Shown piece by piece: positions 1 to 13,100 of a stretch of DNA of 64,000 bases. Position 1 is the first letter of the stretch. Each line of letters opens with the position of its first letter. The notes under the pieces are model-generated. The model was not told the DNA's origin. It made no database searches and saw only the letters and a program-made list of their open reading frames with translations. Made by a program: the position numbers and the translations under genes. This stretch comes from Neovahlkampfia damariscottae (taxonomy: Eukaryota): the NCBI GenBank assembly GCA_016618085.1, contig JABLTG010000017.1, forward strand, positions 62,001-126,000, written 5' to 3'.

Positions 1-380
1 AAGCACAGATTTGAAGTTTTGGTACTTCCATAACTCTTGAATCATTTGTAACTGTACCTACAACAACAGCGATTTTATCTGAAGCTCCTTTTCTGTTTTT
101 CAAGAATTTTGCGATTCTTGCGACTGGAATTGGTCTTTTTAAAGCACGTGTTTGACCTAATCTTTTTAAAACAATTTTGTTAAATTTTGAGTCTGTTCTT
201 CTGACAAGAAATGTGTACAACTAAAAATTATTTTTTAACTTTTTTTTTTTTTTACTTTAATCAATAAACGTGTGTAAATATCTGTAGTTTGTGGTTGTCT
301 TTTTGAACTTGTGTTTCTTCCTCCAGCTACTAAATCAATACCCTTTTTTATTTTTAATGAAGAAAACACTTGCTTACCAT
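1..380 (-). CDS. RPL18: 60S ribosomal protein eL18, 5' part; runs off the window start
   Basis: Spliced reading is M|GIDLVAGGRNTSSKRQPQTTDIYTRLLIK|LYTFLVRRTDSKFNKIVLKRL...KIAVVVGTVTNDSRVMEVPKLQICA. The first coding exon is ATG only (378-380), followed by two ~35-nt GT-AG introns. Confidence 0.95.
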
Positions 381-1959
381 TTGTACTTTTTTGCTCTAAA
401 AATTGTAGACCAATGAAAAGCTTTCTTTGAGATTTTTATTGTATCTCTTGATTGGTTGAAAATTTATTCTCCGTCAATTTTGAAAAACAAACAGAATTGG
501 AACAAGAAACAGTTGGGATTATGTACAAATGAAGTCTGTTTTGTTATTCTTGGATCATTACCCAGTTTTAAAAATTTTTATTTTTTTTGTTCGGTCAAGG
601 ACAACGTTGAAGAAGGTTGAACTGTTTTCATTTGTTTTTCAGAAGAAAAGAAAAATATAATCTTAATAAACAGAAAGAATAATTTATAACCCTATTTGAA
701 ACCTTTGATGAAAAATCAGCGATCTAATGGTGTTGTTAAAAATTATGAAAGAAAAATCATAGTATTAATGTAGTCTGGAGAAAAATGATAAACAAGTTCC
801 AAATTTAAAGATGAAAAAAAAAATAGAAATGATTTTCTTATTTTCTTGTAGAGGATAGTTTTTTAATTTTGAACTTGGAAAAGGATTTAAGGTAAAATCA
901 AAATGTTAATTTTAATTTATTAAAATAGAATCATCACCAGTTCTTCTCTCCAAACAATTTCAAAAAAAAATTGGAGGTCATTAAATTTACTCTTCAAACA
1001 GAGCTTTTTAGACAACTCGAAAACACAAGAGCCACAGTCGGTCATTCTTTAAGAAAATCAAAGATAATAAAAGAATTTTTTATTACAATTGAAGAAATCG
1101 TCTTTATCATAGATTGAAAATTCAACAATTAAATTTTAATCCATCTGTAAATCTGAACGAATATTATATTTCAAAATTGATATATTTTACTTTAATCCTC
1201 TTCATTTCAACAGCTTTTTTTTTGGTGATAAGACTGAATCAAATTCCTGAACTTTGTCTACAAAAACTTTGCTCTTATGCAAACAAGAACATCTTTTTTT
1301 TTCAAGTAGACTTCATAATCTTTTTTTTTTTTTCAATACCTGACGTATAGGTCACTGATTTTTGAACTTCTGTGAAAGTAAAAATCATTTTCTAATATTC
1401 TTCAGTTTGTTCATATTTGAGTTTGATAAAGTTAAAAAAAGAGTGCAAATCTCAGATTTGTTTTTGTTCATGTTTCTTGTGAGTGTTTTTGTAATTCCTA
1501 TGTCAAAATGGATCTCCAATAAATAAAATTGGTGTATGAATCTATTGCGTAAAATTGTTTTTGGTTTCATTCAAATTTGCAATTCATGCTTTTCGGTTAG
1601 GTTTTCAATTGGCGGGATATTTTTGTCCAATGAGTGAAAGTGAACATTAAATTCTTTAATTGATGGGTGAAGTGAAAGAAAAATTACTTGAAGAACTGAA
1701 CTAAGAAAAAAAAAAACAATTCAAGAAATAGTTATGTTTGCATTAAAAAACGAGTAATTATCAAAACGAAAAATATGCCAAAAAATATATTTTCAAAACA
1801 ATTACAAAATTGATCATATGAAGATTTCACAAACTTATCCATCGAAAAATATTTTCATCTTGATAATGCAAAAGAGGTTTAGGTTGGAAATACAAAATAA
1901 TGAAAAGAAACAAATAAATTTATTTTAATTTGCACCAAATAACTAAATTTATTCTTTCT

Positions 1960-2571
1960 CCAGATATCAATCTATTAGCACCATGAACCTTTTAAAAAAT
2001 ATTAATTCATTTTAATGATCAAACATGTCATCCAAGATGAATGATTGAATTTCCCACCACAGAGTTATATTCATAATATTCATCATCTTTATCATCATCT
2101 TTGAACCAGGACGGAGCTTGTTCTTCTGAATTCGAACTCATTGCTGAAATGTTCACCCTATTGAACGCTAAAATTGCTATATTTGTGCTATTTTTGATCT
2201 CTATTTTTGGAGATTTTTCGTAGTTCATGCCTCCGAAAAGATCCAGTTTTTCCACCAATAAGAAGTTCATGGTAATTGGAGCTTTTGAAAATTAATTTGT
2301 TGTTGACTTTCAGACGAATGAAAGCATTTTGGAACTAAACATTTAGTCAAACCTAACACATCCAAAACTTCTTGATCTCCTACTGACCTTTTTATATTTT
2401 TTAGATTGAATTGAATACTGAAAGAGTATTACTGTTTATCTATCCATACTGGTAACGAAAAGGATCTGCCACATCATTATAACTATCTCCTGTTTTTAAA
2501 ACTTTTCCATTATGAAACGAAATCCATTTTCCATCAGATATTTTCTTTTCTTCAAGTAATTTCTTCTTCAT
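1960..2571 (-). pseudogene. Degenerate gene fragment; N-terminus resembles a DUF5678-like module
   Basis: MKKKLLEEKKISDGKWISFHNGKVLKTGDSYNDV is followed by in-frame stops and frameshifts, then the 80-aa ORF at 2028-2270. No intact spliced model was found. Confidence 0.3.
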
Positions 2572-2858
2572 TGTGAAATATTTTTTTTTGTTTTTGAGAT
2601 ATTTTTCGAAAATAATTCTAAATTTTTAAATATTTCATCCAACCTTTTTGTTGATTTTTATTACAATGAAATAAAACTTTAGTTTGTCATTAGTTTGGTC
2701 AGTATTTCAGAGCAACTGAATAATTCATAGATTTTATTTTTCATTTTTCCTCTTTTTCCAGCCTTCAAATCATAAAACACCACACTTCAAGTGTATTACT
2801 GTCCAAGTCTTGTTTCTTTTGTTTTATCCAATCAACCTTCTTTTTTAATTAACAGAAG

Positions 2859-3966
2859 ATGGTAAAAAAGTCGACACTCACACGACCTCTGAAGTCAGTT
2901 AAATTAATGACATGTTTTTCATATTTATGTATTTCATATATCCCAATTCTACTCATAATTGCTGTTCCAGGTATTTAAAAAAAATTAAAACAAAAAAAGG
3001 TATTTATTTATGCACAATCAACGAAAGAGCCATATCCATTCAACTCTACAATGAAAAAATAAACGTAAGCGTAAAATTTTCATTCATTTTTTTTTTAAAG
3101 TTGTGGAAAAACAGAGTCCATGACAAATTTGAAAAAATACAATTTGAAGTTGAAATTGAAGGAAGAAGAAACATTTTGAATCCATCTTCAACAGTAATAT
3201 AAACATATAAATTAATTTCCTCTTGAAAGCCTGACACAATTAAAGATTTTCCAAGAGAAGGAGAATCTATAACTAATTACAAAGCTTTGAAATATGAAAA
3301 CTTGAAAGTGACTTATTTTCAAAACAAAACATATTCAGCAAGTATGAAAAGTAATATAAAGATATCAATGTTCACTAACACAAATCCAACTCGAATTTTA
3401 CTCACAACCCTTCAGCCATTTGAATTTTACAATCAATTTGATTATTATGATGATGATGTTTGTAAGACTTGAAAAAATTGTTAACTTTTTAAGTATGTCA
3501 AAAAAAAGGAGGAGTTCCTGTTGGAGATGGTTTTTGTGAGTATTTTTGGAAATTGAATGGTGTTTGTTTGACGGTCGATATAGAAACATCTAAAATGTAA
3601 GAAAAAAACAAAAAAATTGATAGATTTCCAAGTGGGACATGTACGTCATCAAAATTTGCTGAATATATTTTAATTAATCCAGGAGTTCAACAAAAATTTT
3701 CTTCAGAAGGAAAATTTACTTTAAGGGAAACTAATGATCCTTTTATTTGGTTATCACATACAACTGAAGGAGTTTTGACTTTTGGTGATATCAACTCCAT
3801 GAGTTCAAAAGTAGTTGGTGTCTTGTTAATTGTTACTGGATTGAGTTGGCCTGTTGTATTGTTTATTGTTATGACTGTATTTATTCTCATTGCTATCATT
3901 TTTATTATTATTCCTTTGATATGTTGTGTTATTGGATTGGCTCAAATATTTGCTGTTTTTTTTTAG
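2859..3966 (+). CDS. Uncharacterised membrane protein: N-terminal TM, Cys-containing ectodomain, C-terminal hydrophobic segment(s)
   Basis: ATG at 2859 follows a CCAAT box. Five short GT-AG introns (e.g. 2971-2999) join the ORF pieces into one frame: MVKKSTLTRP...LCQKKGGVPVGDGFCEYFWKLNGVCL...LRETNDPFIWLSHTTEGVLTFGD...VFF*. Confidence 0.75.
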
Positions 3967-4167
3967 TTTTCAAGAATTAAATTATGGATTCTACAAATAA
4001 AATCACTTTTTCGATTTTTTTCTTTCTTCCAAAAATTTAACACCGAAATAATTAGAAAACTCACCATTTATTGGAACAACAGAAAAATTGAAGAAATATT
4101 TTAATCATTTAATTCAACTTTATTTTTCAACGAACAACAAATTTTATTGGTCAACTTATTTGGTCAG

Positions 4168-7100
4168 ATGAAGATACTCACAATTGTTTTACTCATCACC
4201 ACTTTTTTCAATTTTTGTACTTCTGATGTTATTACATGGGGGTATGGAGCAAATGGAAGGCTTGGTATATTTTTTTAAAAATTCATTTTTTTTTTAGGAA
4301 CTTCAAACCAAGCTAATCAACAATTTCCTTTCGCTATTAACTCATCGTTACTTTCTTCCTCAAAGAATTTAAGAAATAAAATTGTAAAAAAAATAACATG
4401 CGGAAACACTCATTGCATCATTTTGACAGGTACATTTTTTATTTTTTTGAAAAAAATAGATGATGGAAATTTATTTGGTTATGGAGGTAATAATATGGCA
4501 CAAACAGGAACCACTGCTTCAACTGTACCAAATAATGTGTTGTCAATTGATAAAGTTCTTGTTGGTCTTTACACTTCAATTTCACCAAGAAGAATAATTG
4601 ATCTGGCTTCAAGCTATGCTACAAATATGATTCTTTTGGATGACAAAACTATTCGTTGTTGGGGTAATTTTTTCATTTTTATCATTAATTTTCCAAGGTT
4701 CAAATTCTAATTCTGAATGTGGAAATGGTACTCAAACTACTTTCCAAGCCGCAAATGATCTTGCTACTACAACTATGTTACAACCTGTTTCTCGTATTTT
4801 TGGAGGTTTTTTTTATTTCTTAACATTTTTCAACAGCTGTTGGAGATAATTTCTATATTATATCAGAAACAGGACTCGTTTTTTCGACTGGAAAAAGCAG
4901 TAAAGGTCAAAGATGTACAGCTTCAACAACTACACCATCACAGTTGGTAATTTCAGGTGTTCTTGATATTGTTGCAGGATATCAAACAGTATTTTTCTTT
5001 ACAAACGCAGAAACTTATGTTTGTGGGGATAACTCAAAGGGTATTTATTCTCTGAAAAAAATTAATTGTTTTTAGGACAATTGGGTCTTTTACTTCCTTC
5101 TAGTTACACCACTCCAACTATAGCAACATCCGTTTTTGGAGTTAAACCATATTTTGTTTCTAATGGATTGGATCATACCATTTACTTAACATCTGACACA
5201 GAAAAAGGTGTTTTGAAGGGATGTGGAGACGGAACACGTGGTCAATTAGTAAGAATCCAATTTTCATTAACTTTTAAAGGGAACTGGAAATACATTGACA
5301 CCACCTATAGGAACATCAGTTCTCGTCAGCAACATGACAGATTTAGCAAATTCCACGATACAATTGATTAAAGCAAATAGATACTTCACTCATGTATTAG
5401 ATTCATCTGAAAGAGTTCATGCTTGGGGTGATAATGGCAACAGTGGCCTCGGAATGGCAGGAGCATCCGCTCTTGTACCTCAAAAATTGCCAACTCTTTG
5501 GGAAAAGCCAATCACCAGAATTGAAGGAGCAGAAACGTCTGTTGTAACATTGTCACGTAAGTAATAAACAAAAATTCATGTTTTCTACAAGCATGTTCAA
5601 GTGGTGGTATATTCTCAGTTGATTGCATCTGTGAAGACGTAGATGATCATCTCATTCAAAAAGTTCTAAAAACTTGCAACACACCTGGTTGTCAAAGTAT
5701 AACAGGAATCAAATTTGATTCTGATACAAAATCTGCAAACATCACAGTAGAATTGTTGATGTCAGATTTTGATACAACAGAAAAATATGTGAATATCTCG
5801 AATCCATATGGTGAAAGTACAATTGCTCCAAATCAAACAAGGAATTGTGACAAGTATGTAAAGATACTGGAAACAGATTTGAATTCTCAGATGCTTTCTG
5901 AAGGAATGATTGACTTAATTATAAAACCAAATGATGCAGTTGAAAGAAATTGCTCTGGGAATGTTATCACATCATTGATGACAATAAGATCACTTCCTTG
6001 TTTTAATCTTCCAAATATTTGGTTGACTGGTGATGATACAACGGAACTTGTTAATAACATTCCATTAACACTAGTTGGTATTTCACTTGATCCTGGTGTT
6101 AAGGAAAAAGCATTTAAATTTAACTCTATTTTCTCGAGAATTGATTTTTCAGTTAGAAACCAAATTGCAGATGATTTTTCTGTTGCTTTTTGGTTTAAAA
6201 CTAAATCACCTGAATCTACTCAAACAATTTTCAGTTATACTGGATTAAATAATGAAGGGTTTGGTATGTCTCTCACTGCAGAACCAAATTTAACATTTAG
6301 TATAAAAGGAACAAGCTATACAAGTTCCATTCAACCTACTGACACAATTTTTCATCATTACGGTCTAACATTGGATTCAAAGTTGAATGTCGTAAAAATG
6401 TTTTTTGATGGTGCTTTGGTTTCAACAATTTCTTTAAATTCAAATTATACCATTCCAAAAAATGGAAGAATGGTTATTGGACAAAAGTTTGATAACATCG
6501 CAGTCAAAATCTTTTCAGAGGGATACAATATTAGAGGAGAAATTGATGAGTTCAAATTGTTTACGAAAGTTATCAATAAAGCTAACATGTACTCACTTTC
6601 TCAACAAAGAGATGGCACAAGTCTTTGGAAATGTAATGGGAATGCAAATGATGAACTTGAATTAAACTATGGACTTGTATCTTCTATGCAATATAATTCC
6701 AGTTGGGATTTTAATACTGGTGGACTGGACAAATATATAATGTTTGATCCAATGGCTTCTACAAGATTTCCAACTTCAGATTTCACTATATCCATGTTTT
6801 TCAAAACAAATGCAAATAATGGAAGCTTTTTCTCTTATGGAACTCCTTTATCTGTTAATGCTCTGGCTTTTGGGATTGTTAATGGGAAATACACTTTTAG
6901 GATCGATGGACAAATTATCAACACTGGTATTTCAAATTATGGAATGAACAGCAAATCATTCATTGCTGTGACTTGGAAAAGTTATACAGGAAAGCTTAGA
7001 ATGTACGGAAATGATCATACATTAATTTATGAACATCCAACCCCTGTTGCCAAATTGAAAAAATTACCAAAAGGAGGAACTTGGTATTTTGGACAACTTC

Positions 7101-10100
7101 AAAAAAGAACAGCTCGTTATTTAGATTCTAATATGTTTTACTCAGGAGAAATTGGTCCTGTGGCTCTTTGGAATACTGTAAAAAAATTTGGAAATTGCAA
7201 TGGAAAAACAGATAATGATAAAAACGTTTGCAATGGAAAAGGGTATTGTGTTGATAGTAAATGTATATGTAACAAAGGATATTCAGGGAATAATTGTCAA
7301 ATTGAAGATACTTGTTTTGGGAAATCTTACTCATCATTGGACGTTTGTAATGGTGTTGGAACTTGTGTTTCTGGAAACTGCACATGTATTCCAGGTTATG
7401 CTGGAGATCAATGTCAACATAAAATGGAATTGATATTTTTCATTTCAAATTTATGCAAAGAAAACTGTACAATTGATTTGTCATTTTATTATCCATGCCT
7501 ACTCATTGAAGGTCCTTCTTGTTATTGTGGAATGAACAAAAATGGAGCTTCAATCAAATGTAATGCACAAAATGAAATTGAAATTGTAAATCTATCAAAT
7601 CAAGGTCTGAGTGGTGAAACTAAATCATCATCACTAAAAACTTACACCTCGTTAAAAGAACTGTAAGTGGTTTTTTAACTTAAATTTTATTAGTTCAATA
7701 TCAAATAATCCTGGATTAAATGTGTCCCAACTACAAAACATTCTGAATTCTAATATTGAAAAAATCAATTTAAATGGAATACCTGGATCCTATTCAACAA
7801 CTGAATTAGATTTTTCACCTCAACAATTTCCAAATTTGAAAGAAATAAGAGCAGAAGATTTGATACTTTGCGGTCCATATTTGTGGTCGAAGAATCTGAG
7901 TCTCACCACAAATTTCTCGTCCATTCGATGCAGCAAAGATATACATCCATCATGTGGTAATGAAATTATTGATTAATTTTTTAATTGACAGATGAAATGG
8001 GAACTTTTGATACAGAAACTGTCTTTCCTCCAGAAACAACTCTCCCTACAAGCGATAGTTTATCATTTGACAATCTTGGAGCTTGTTTCAGCAATTCATC
8101 ATATTTACGGTGTATAACGGTCGCAAATGAAACAACTTATGAAACAACACCTTTGTTTGTCAGTTTGGGGTCAAATACTGTTATTTGTGATATCTCAAAG
8201 AACAGAGGTCAAAAATCAGAAGTTTATATTAGTTGGAGTACAAATGGAGTCAGACTGACAAAGAAGAAATATTTTTATATTTTAGAAAAGACATTTATTC
8301 AAACAAAGGAGTTTACTTATACGAATTTAGGAGGAGCTATTAATGCATCTCTCATTTCAAGTTCAAAATATATGGCTGATATTCAAAAATATTTGACCTG
8401 TTCAGTTGAAGCCAATAATACTGGAGTTATCAAAAGATATCCAGTTGACTTCAATGGAACAGAAGATCAGTTCAATTGTTACATTCCAGCAAGTTCTAAT
8501 CATAAGAGCTCATTTGATGATACCCGTTATTTCATAAAGTTTGAATTTGTTAAAGATGGAACAATCACTTCATTGTCAGAATTTGATTCTGCATCTGTCA
8601 TTATAATTGATCCAACAACTGATATTGATGCATCTCCAGGTGTAGTTCCGACAGGTATTTCAACATTAATTGGGCTGATATCTTCCAAATTTTTCAATTC
8701 ATCTGCTCCTTATGGTGATGTTGAAATGTTGATGAGTGTGAACAACACATTTTATGCTACTGAATCTCCTTATTTCAAAGTTCAGAGTTACGGAAATATT
8801 CCATTAGCTTCAATGATGAATTTTTATCAAGGAAAATTTAATTACTTTACCATTGGAACATATTTGACACTTACATCTTTGGAAGGATACAACATTCATG
8901 ATAATTATGTGGGCATCTCTTCTGAATGTATTTATAACATTGATTTTGGAGAAACAGGAACATTTTATGTTTGGATTTATGGATATTCAGATGCACTTCA
9001 AGGAAAAGGGATTCATATTGGATTAGACCATGAACCAGTTTCCAGTGGAAAGAGTTTGTTATTCACAGATATCGCAAATTGGCAGAATACATTGGAAAAT
9101 AACATGACTGCTCATTTAAACATTTCAACAACAGGAAAACACTCAATTTCAATTTGGTTTAGAGATAGAAATGTGAACATTCGGAATCTAATACTCACCA
9201 AGAATGCTGCATTTGTTCCAAGTGGAACATATCCATCAAACACAATCATCAATGAAAATACTTTGAAATCACAAATCCAATTGGATGTAGAAGGTGAAGC
9301 TTCTGCTTCAATTTGGTTTAGACATAATGCTTCAAATGTTTTGTTAAAAGCATCCAAAGATTTTCAATTGGTTACTATCAAACCATTTAATATTCATGAA
9401 TTTCATCCAAAAGGTATTTTCAAAGATATTCCAGTGAACATCACTTTGAAAACAAATACAACAAGTTATATTTCTGATCGAATTTTATACCGTTTTTATA
9501 CTCCAACTGTAAATGCAGCTCAAATTTTAACAAGAGTTGGGGATGATTTTTATATTTCTTCGACTTACACTTTTTCAATATTTACTGAATATTCAGGTTA
9601 TATTTCAGCAATCAACAAGGATTCAAAGATATTCAGTTATCCACAATTGAGCAACTTTGTTGAAGTTGCAGCTTTTGGTTTGTTACATTTTTCTCTAACT
9701 TTTTAAAAGCACCTGTCACATGGAATGGTCATTTTCCTTTCGTAACTGATCTTTTACCTTCACCTTTGAATATATCAATTGCTGTTACTGGAGCTGTACC
9801 TCCTGAAAAATATTTTCATCTTGTTTATTGTCAATATACAAATGAATTGAATGAAACATTTACCACCCCAGCAAAAAGACTATCATCTACTTCAGTTCAA
9901 TGTACTTTGAATTTACCAACAACATTTTCTAGATTGAATTCGGATTTTTTATACATTGGATTATGGGTCAATGCTTCTTCTTCAATGGATACCTATTCAT
10001 TTTTTATTTCAAATCAAGTCTATCATATTCTTTTGAAGCAACCAATGACTACAACATACCCAATAGTTAGATCAACTCAATCATTACAAACTGAATCTTT

Positions 10101-13100
10101 TCTATTGAATATTACTTCAAAAGAATCTATAGGAATTTATAATCCAGGATTCAATACTTTTGTTAAATGGATATCAGATTCAAATGAATACACTTTATCC
10201 ACTTCTTCAAGTGGTGAAACTTTCACTTTGCTTGGATTGACTATTATACTTCCAAGTTTTCCGATCAAGTATCATTTGAAATTTTCTTATTATTGGCATG
10301 GAAATACAATTGAAGTTTTGACTCATGAACGGTATATTACAGAAAATGTCACTGCTATTTCAGAAATATCTTTTTTAAATGCTCCAAGTGTTGATAAAAT
10401 CCCTGTCAAGTTTAAATTATCAAAAAAATTAAATCCTGCATTTAATTATTATATTGAAGATTCCAGAGATTCAAGCATTCAATATTTGAACATGACAACA
10501 GAGACTGATGAAATCACTGGATACTTTAACTCTTCTGTTGAAGAAAACTTCCAAGTTTCAATTAAAGTAGATTCAAATATAACAGAGCTTGTTGAAATTG
10601 TTCCAGAGAAATCAAAATTAGAATTCATTGAACTGAAAACAGAACCAAGATATTTTTCTAATGACATTTCTCCAACTTTCAAATTAATGAATAACAATAC
10701 ACAAAACTATGTCTTTCCTTCAAAATATCTCTCAGCTTTATATTTGGTTGAAATGAATTTTCAAAATACTGACGAATCACTTTCTCATAAAATTTGTAAT
10801 TTGACATCAACTGAATCAATATGTGGAGAATATGCGATAAACACATTTGATGGTTTGAGATTATATTCACCTTCTATATATCTGAACTACATGAGTGAAG
10901 GAAGACAAACTTTGATTCATTCAACAAATGCGATATTTGGATTTCAAAAATCTTCAATCATCAACTATGGTCCACTTGCAAGTTTAGAAAGAAATTACGA
11001 AATTTATTTCAATTTTGAAAAAACTGTATTCAAAATTGATGCAGATGCAGAAAAGTATATCACCAGAAATTACTTTTGCAATGTTACTGGATCAACTATT
11101 GAATATAATGCAACTCTAATTTCTTCAAATGAACTGTACTGCATCATTCCATATTTTGGAATGGATGAAATTTTGATTGATATTTATTTAAGAATTCCAG
11201 AGATATCTAATGATTCAGTCATTATTAATACAAATACTATCACTGGTTATTTCATGAATCAAGGCAATATTTCATTCACATCACCTTCACAAACTCAGTT
11301 TTTTTATGCAACTGTTGATTCTGATCCTGTGTTTATTTCATTGAATGCAACTATACCAGCTGCACTTTTGAGTAAAGTGGTTTGTTATGCAGATCAAATA
11401 TCAGGAACTTTATTGCTTTCAACTGTCAACAACATGACATATCACTATCGTTGTACTTTTAATTTGCCAAGAGAAAAGTCAGGATTAAGAAAAATTGGAA
11501 TGTATTTCACTGATGATGATGATGGATATCATGCTAAACCATTTTTAGTTTCTGGAAATAATTTAAATTTAACATTTGTCGGTAAGATAAAAAAAACGTT
11601 TAATTCTTCAGCAAATACAACGATCTCTGCAAAAGATCCAGTTGCTAGTGTTTTCAATACATCCGTTTCATTAGACCTGACAACAACATTTTTAATGTAT
11701 GATTACGGTGATGTGAAATATTACTGTTTTTATGGATTGGAAGAAGGAGATATTTATCAATATTCCACACCTGCAAATTTATCAAATTCTATCTTTAATT
11801 GTAATTTGTTTTCACCTGCAATTGTATCATTTCAAGTTTCAATTTGGATGGAATCATTTGGAATTCAAAGAGTTATTGTTAAAGAACCAGTTCAATACAA
11901 ATTCTTGGATGATTTTCTTACTCCAAGTTTTGGTGTTGATTCTGGAAATGAAGAAAAGAAAATCCTGAAATACAACAAGCCTGTGAGTGATATTAAATTT
12001 GCGGTCAATGGAACAGCTATTTTCAATTGTTCTAAAGTTGATGCAGATCTTGTTTGTACTTCACCTGATGTCAGAGGAATTTTAGAACCATTCAAAGCTT
12101 ATGAATTGAATTATACAGAATCTAATAGTCAACTTGGTATTTCCTACATTGTTTATGAAAGAAGAACAATAATTTCAATTGCTCCATCAGTTATGCCTTC
12201 AGTTACAGATCCATTTCCGATGACAATAACTGTAGATAGTGCTTTCACTTTAAAAGAAGGTAATGTAGTGATACAAGTTGGTGTCGGAGTTGATCCTAGA
12301 AGATATGAACTGACCAATACAGGTGCTCCGACGAAAACTATGACGACTTCAGGTGTTTCTTCATTTCCGACTGGAAATTATAGTGTTGGATTGTTTTACA
12401 AAAATTCCCAGTCTTTAGAGCTCAACAATCAATTTCAATTCACTCAATTGGTTCCAATAGACTTTGTTGATAACACAGGAAGTATTTCTTTTTACAATGG
12501 ATCAAATATTCAGTATATAAATACAGAATTGAGAGTATTCATTAAACATTCAAAACCAGTTGATGATAAATTCAAAAAATTTGTAATTTGCAAACTTGGA
12601 ACTGTTGCAGCTACTACTACTGTATTTTCAAATGGTTCTGTTGATGGTTATACTTGCAATTTTAAACATACATCAGCAGGAGTTGTGAATGTGACACTTT
12701 GGTACAGTAATGAAAATACGAATGATGGCGAGTTCAAATTAGCTCAAAATGGACTACCAATTGTTTTTGTTGAACAAGTTACTGCAACGGATGTTGATCC
12801 TTATGTTTCTGCAATCACGGATACGTCATTTTTCAGCATTCAATCTTTTGTTTTTACAACAGCAGATACAAAAAATGATGTCTATGGAACTCAGGTTTCG
12901 TATCAATGTGCATATGAAAATCAAACCATCTTGGCAACTAAAAAAGATGCTGATTTTGTTTGTGAAATTTCGACAAATTATGGCACCACAAGGGAAGTTC
13001 AAATCTCTTTGCATATTGTATCGGTACTAACAGGTTATCGATTGAATTTCACATCAAATACAAAGCCTTTCTTATTTTATGGTAAATTAACTATTTGTTT

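Noticed and set aside
378..380. ATG-only first coding exon of RPL18 as another microexon
   Set aside because: It carries a 5' UTR, and an intron right after the start codon is common in ribosomal protein genes.
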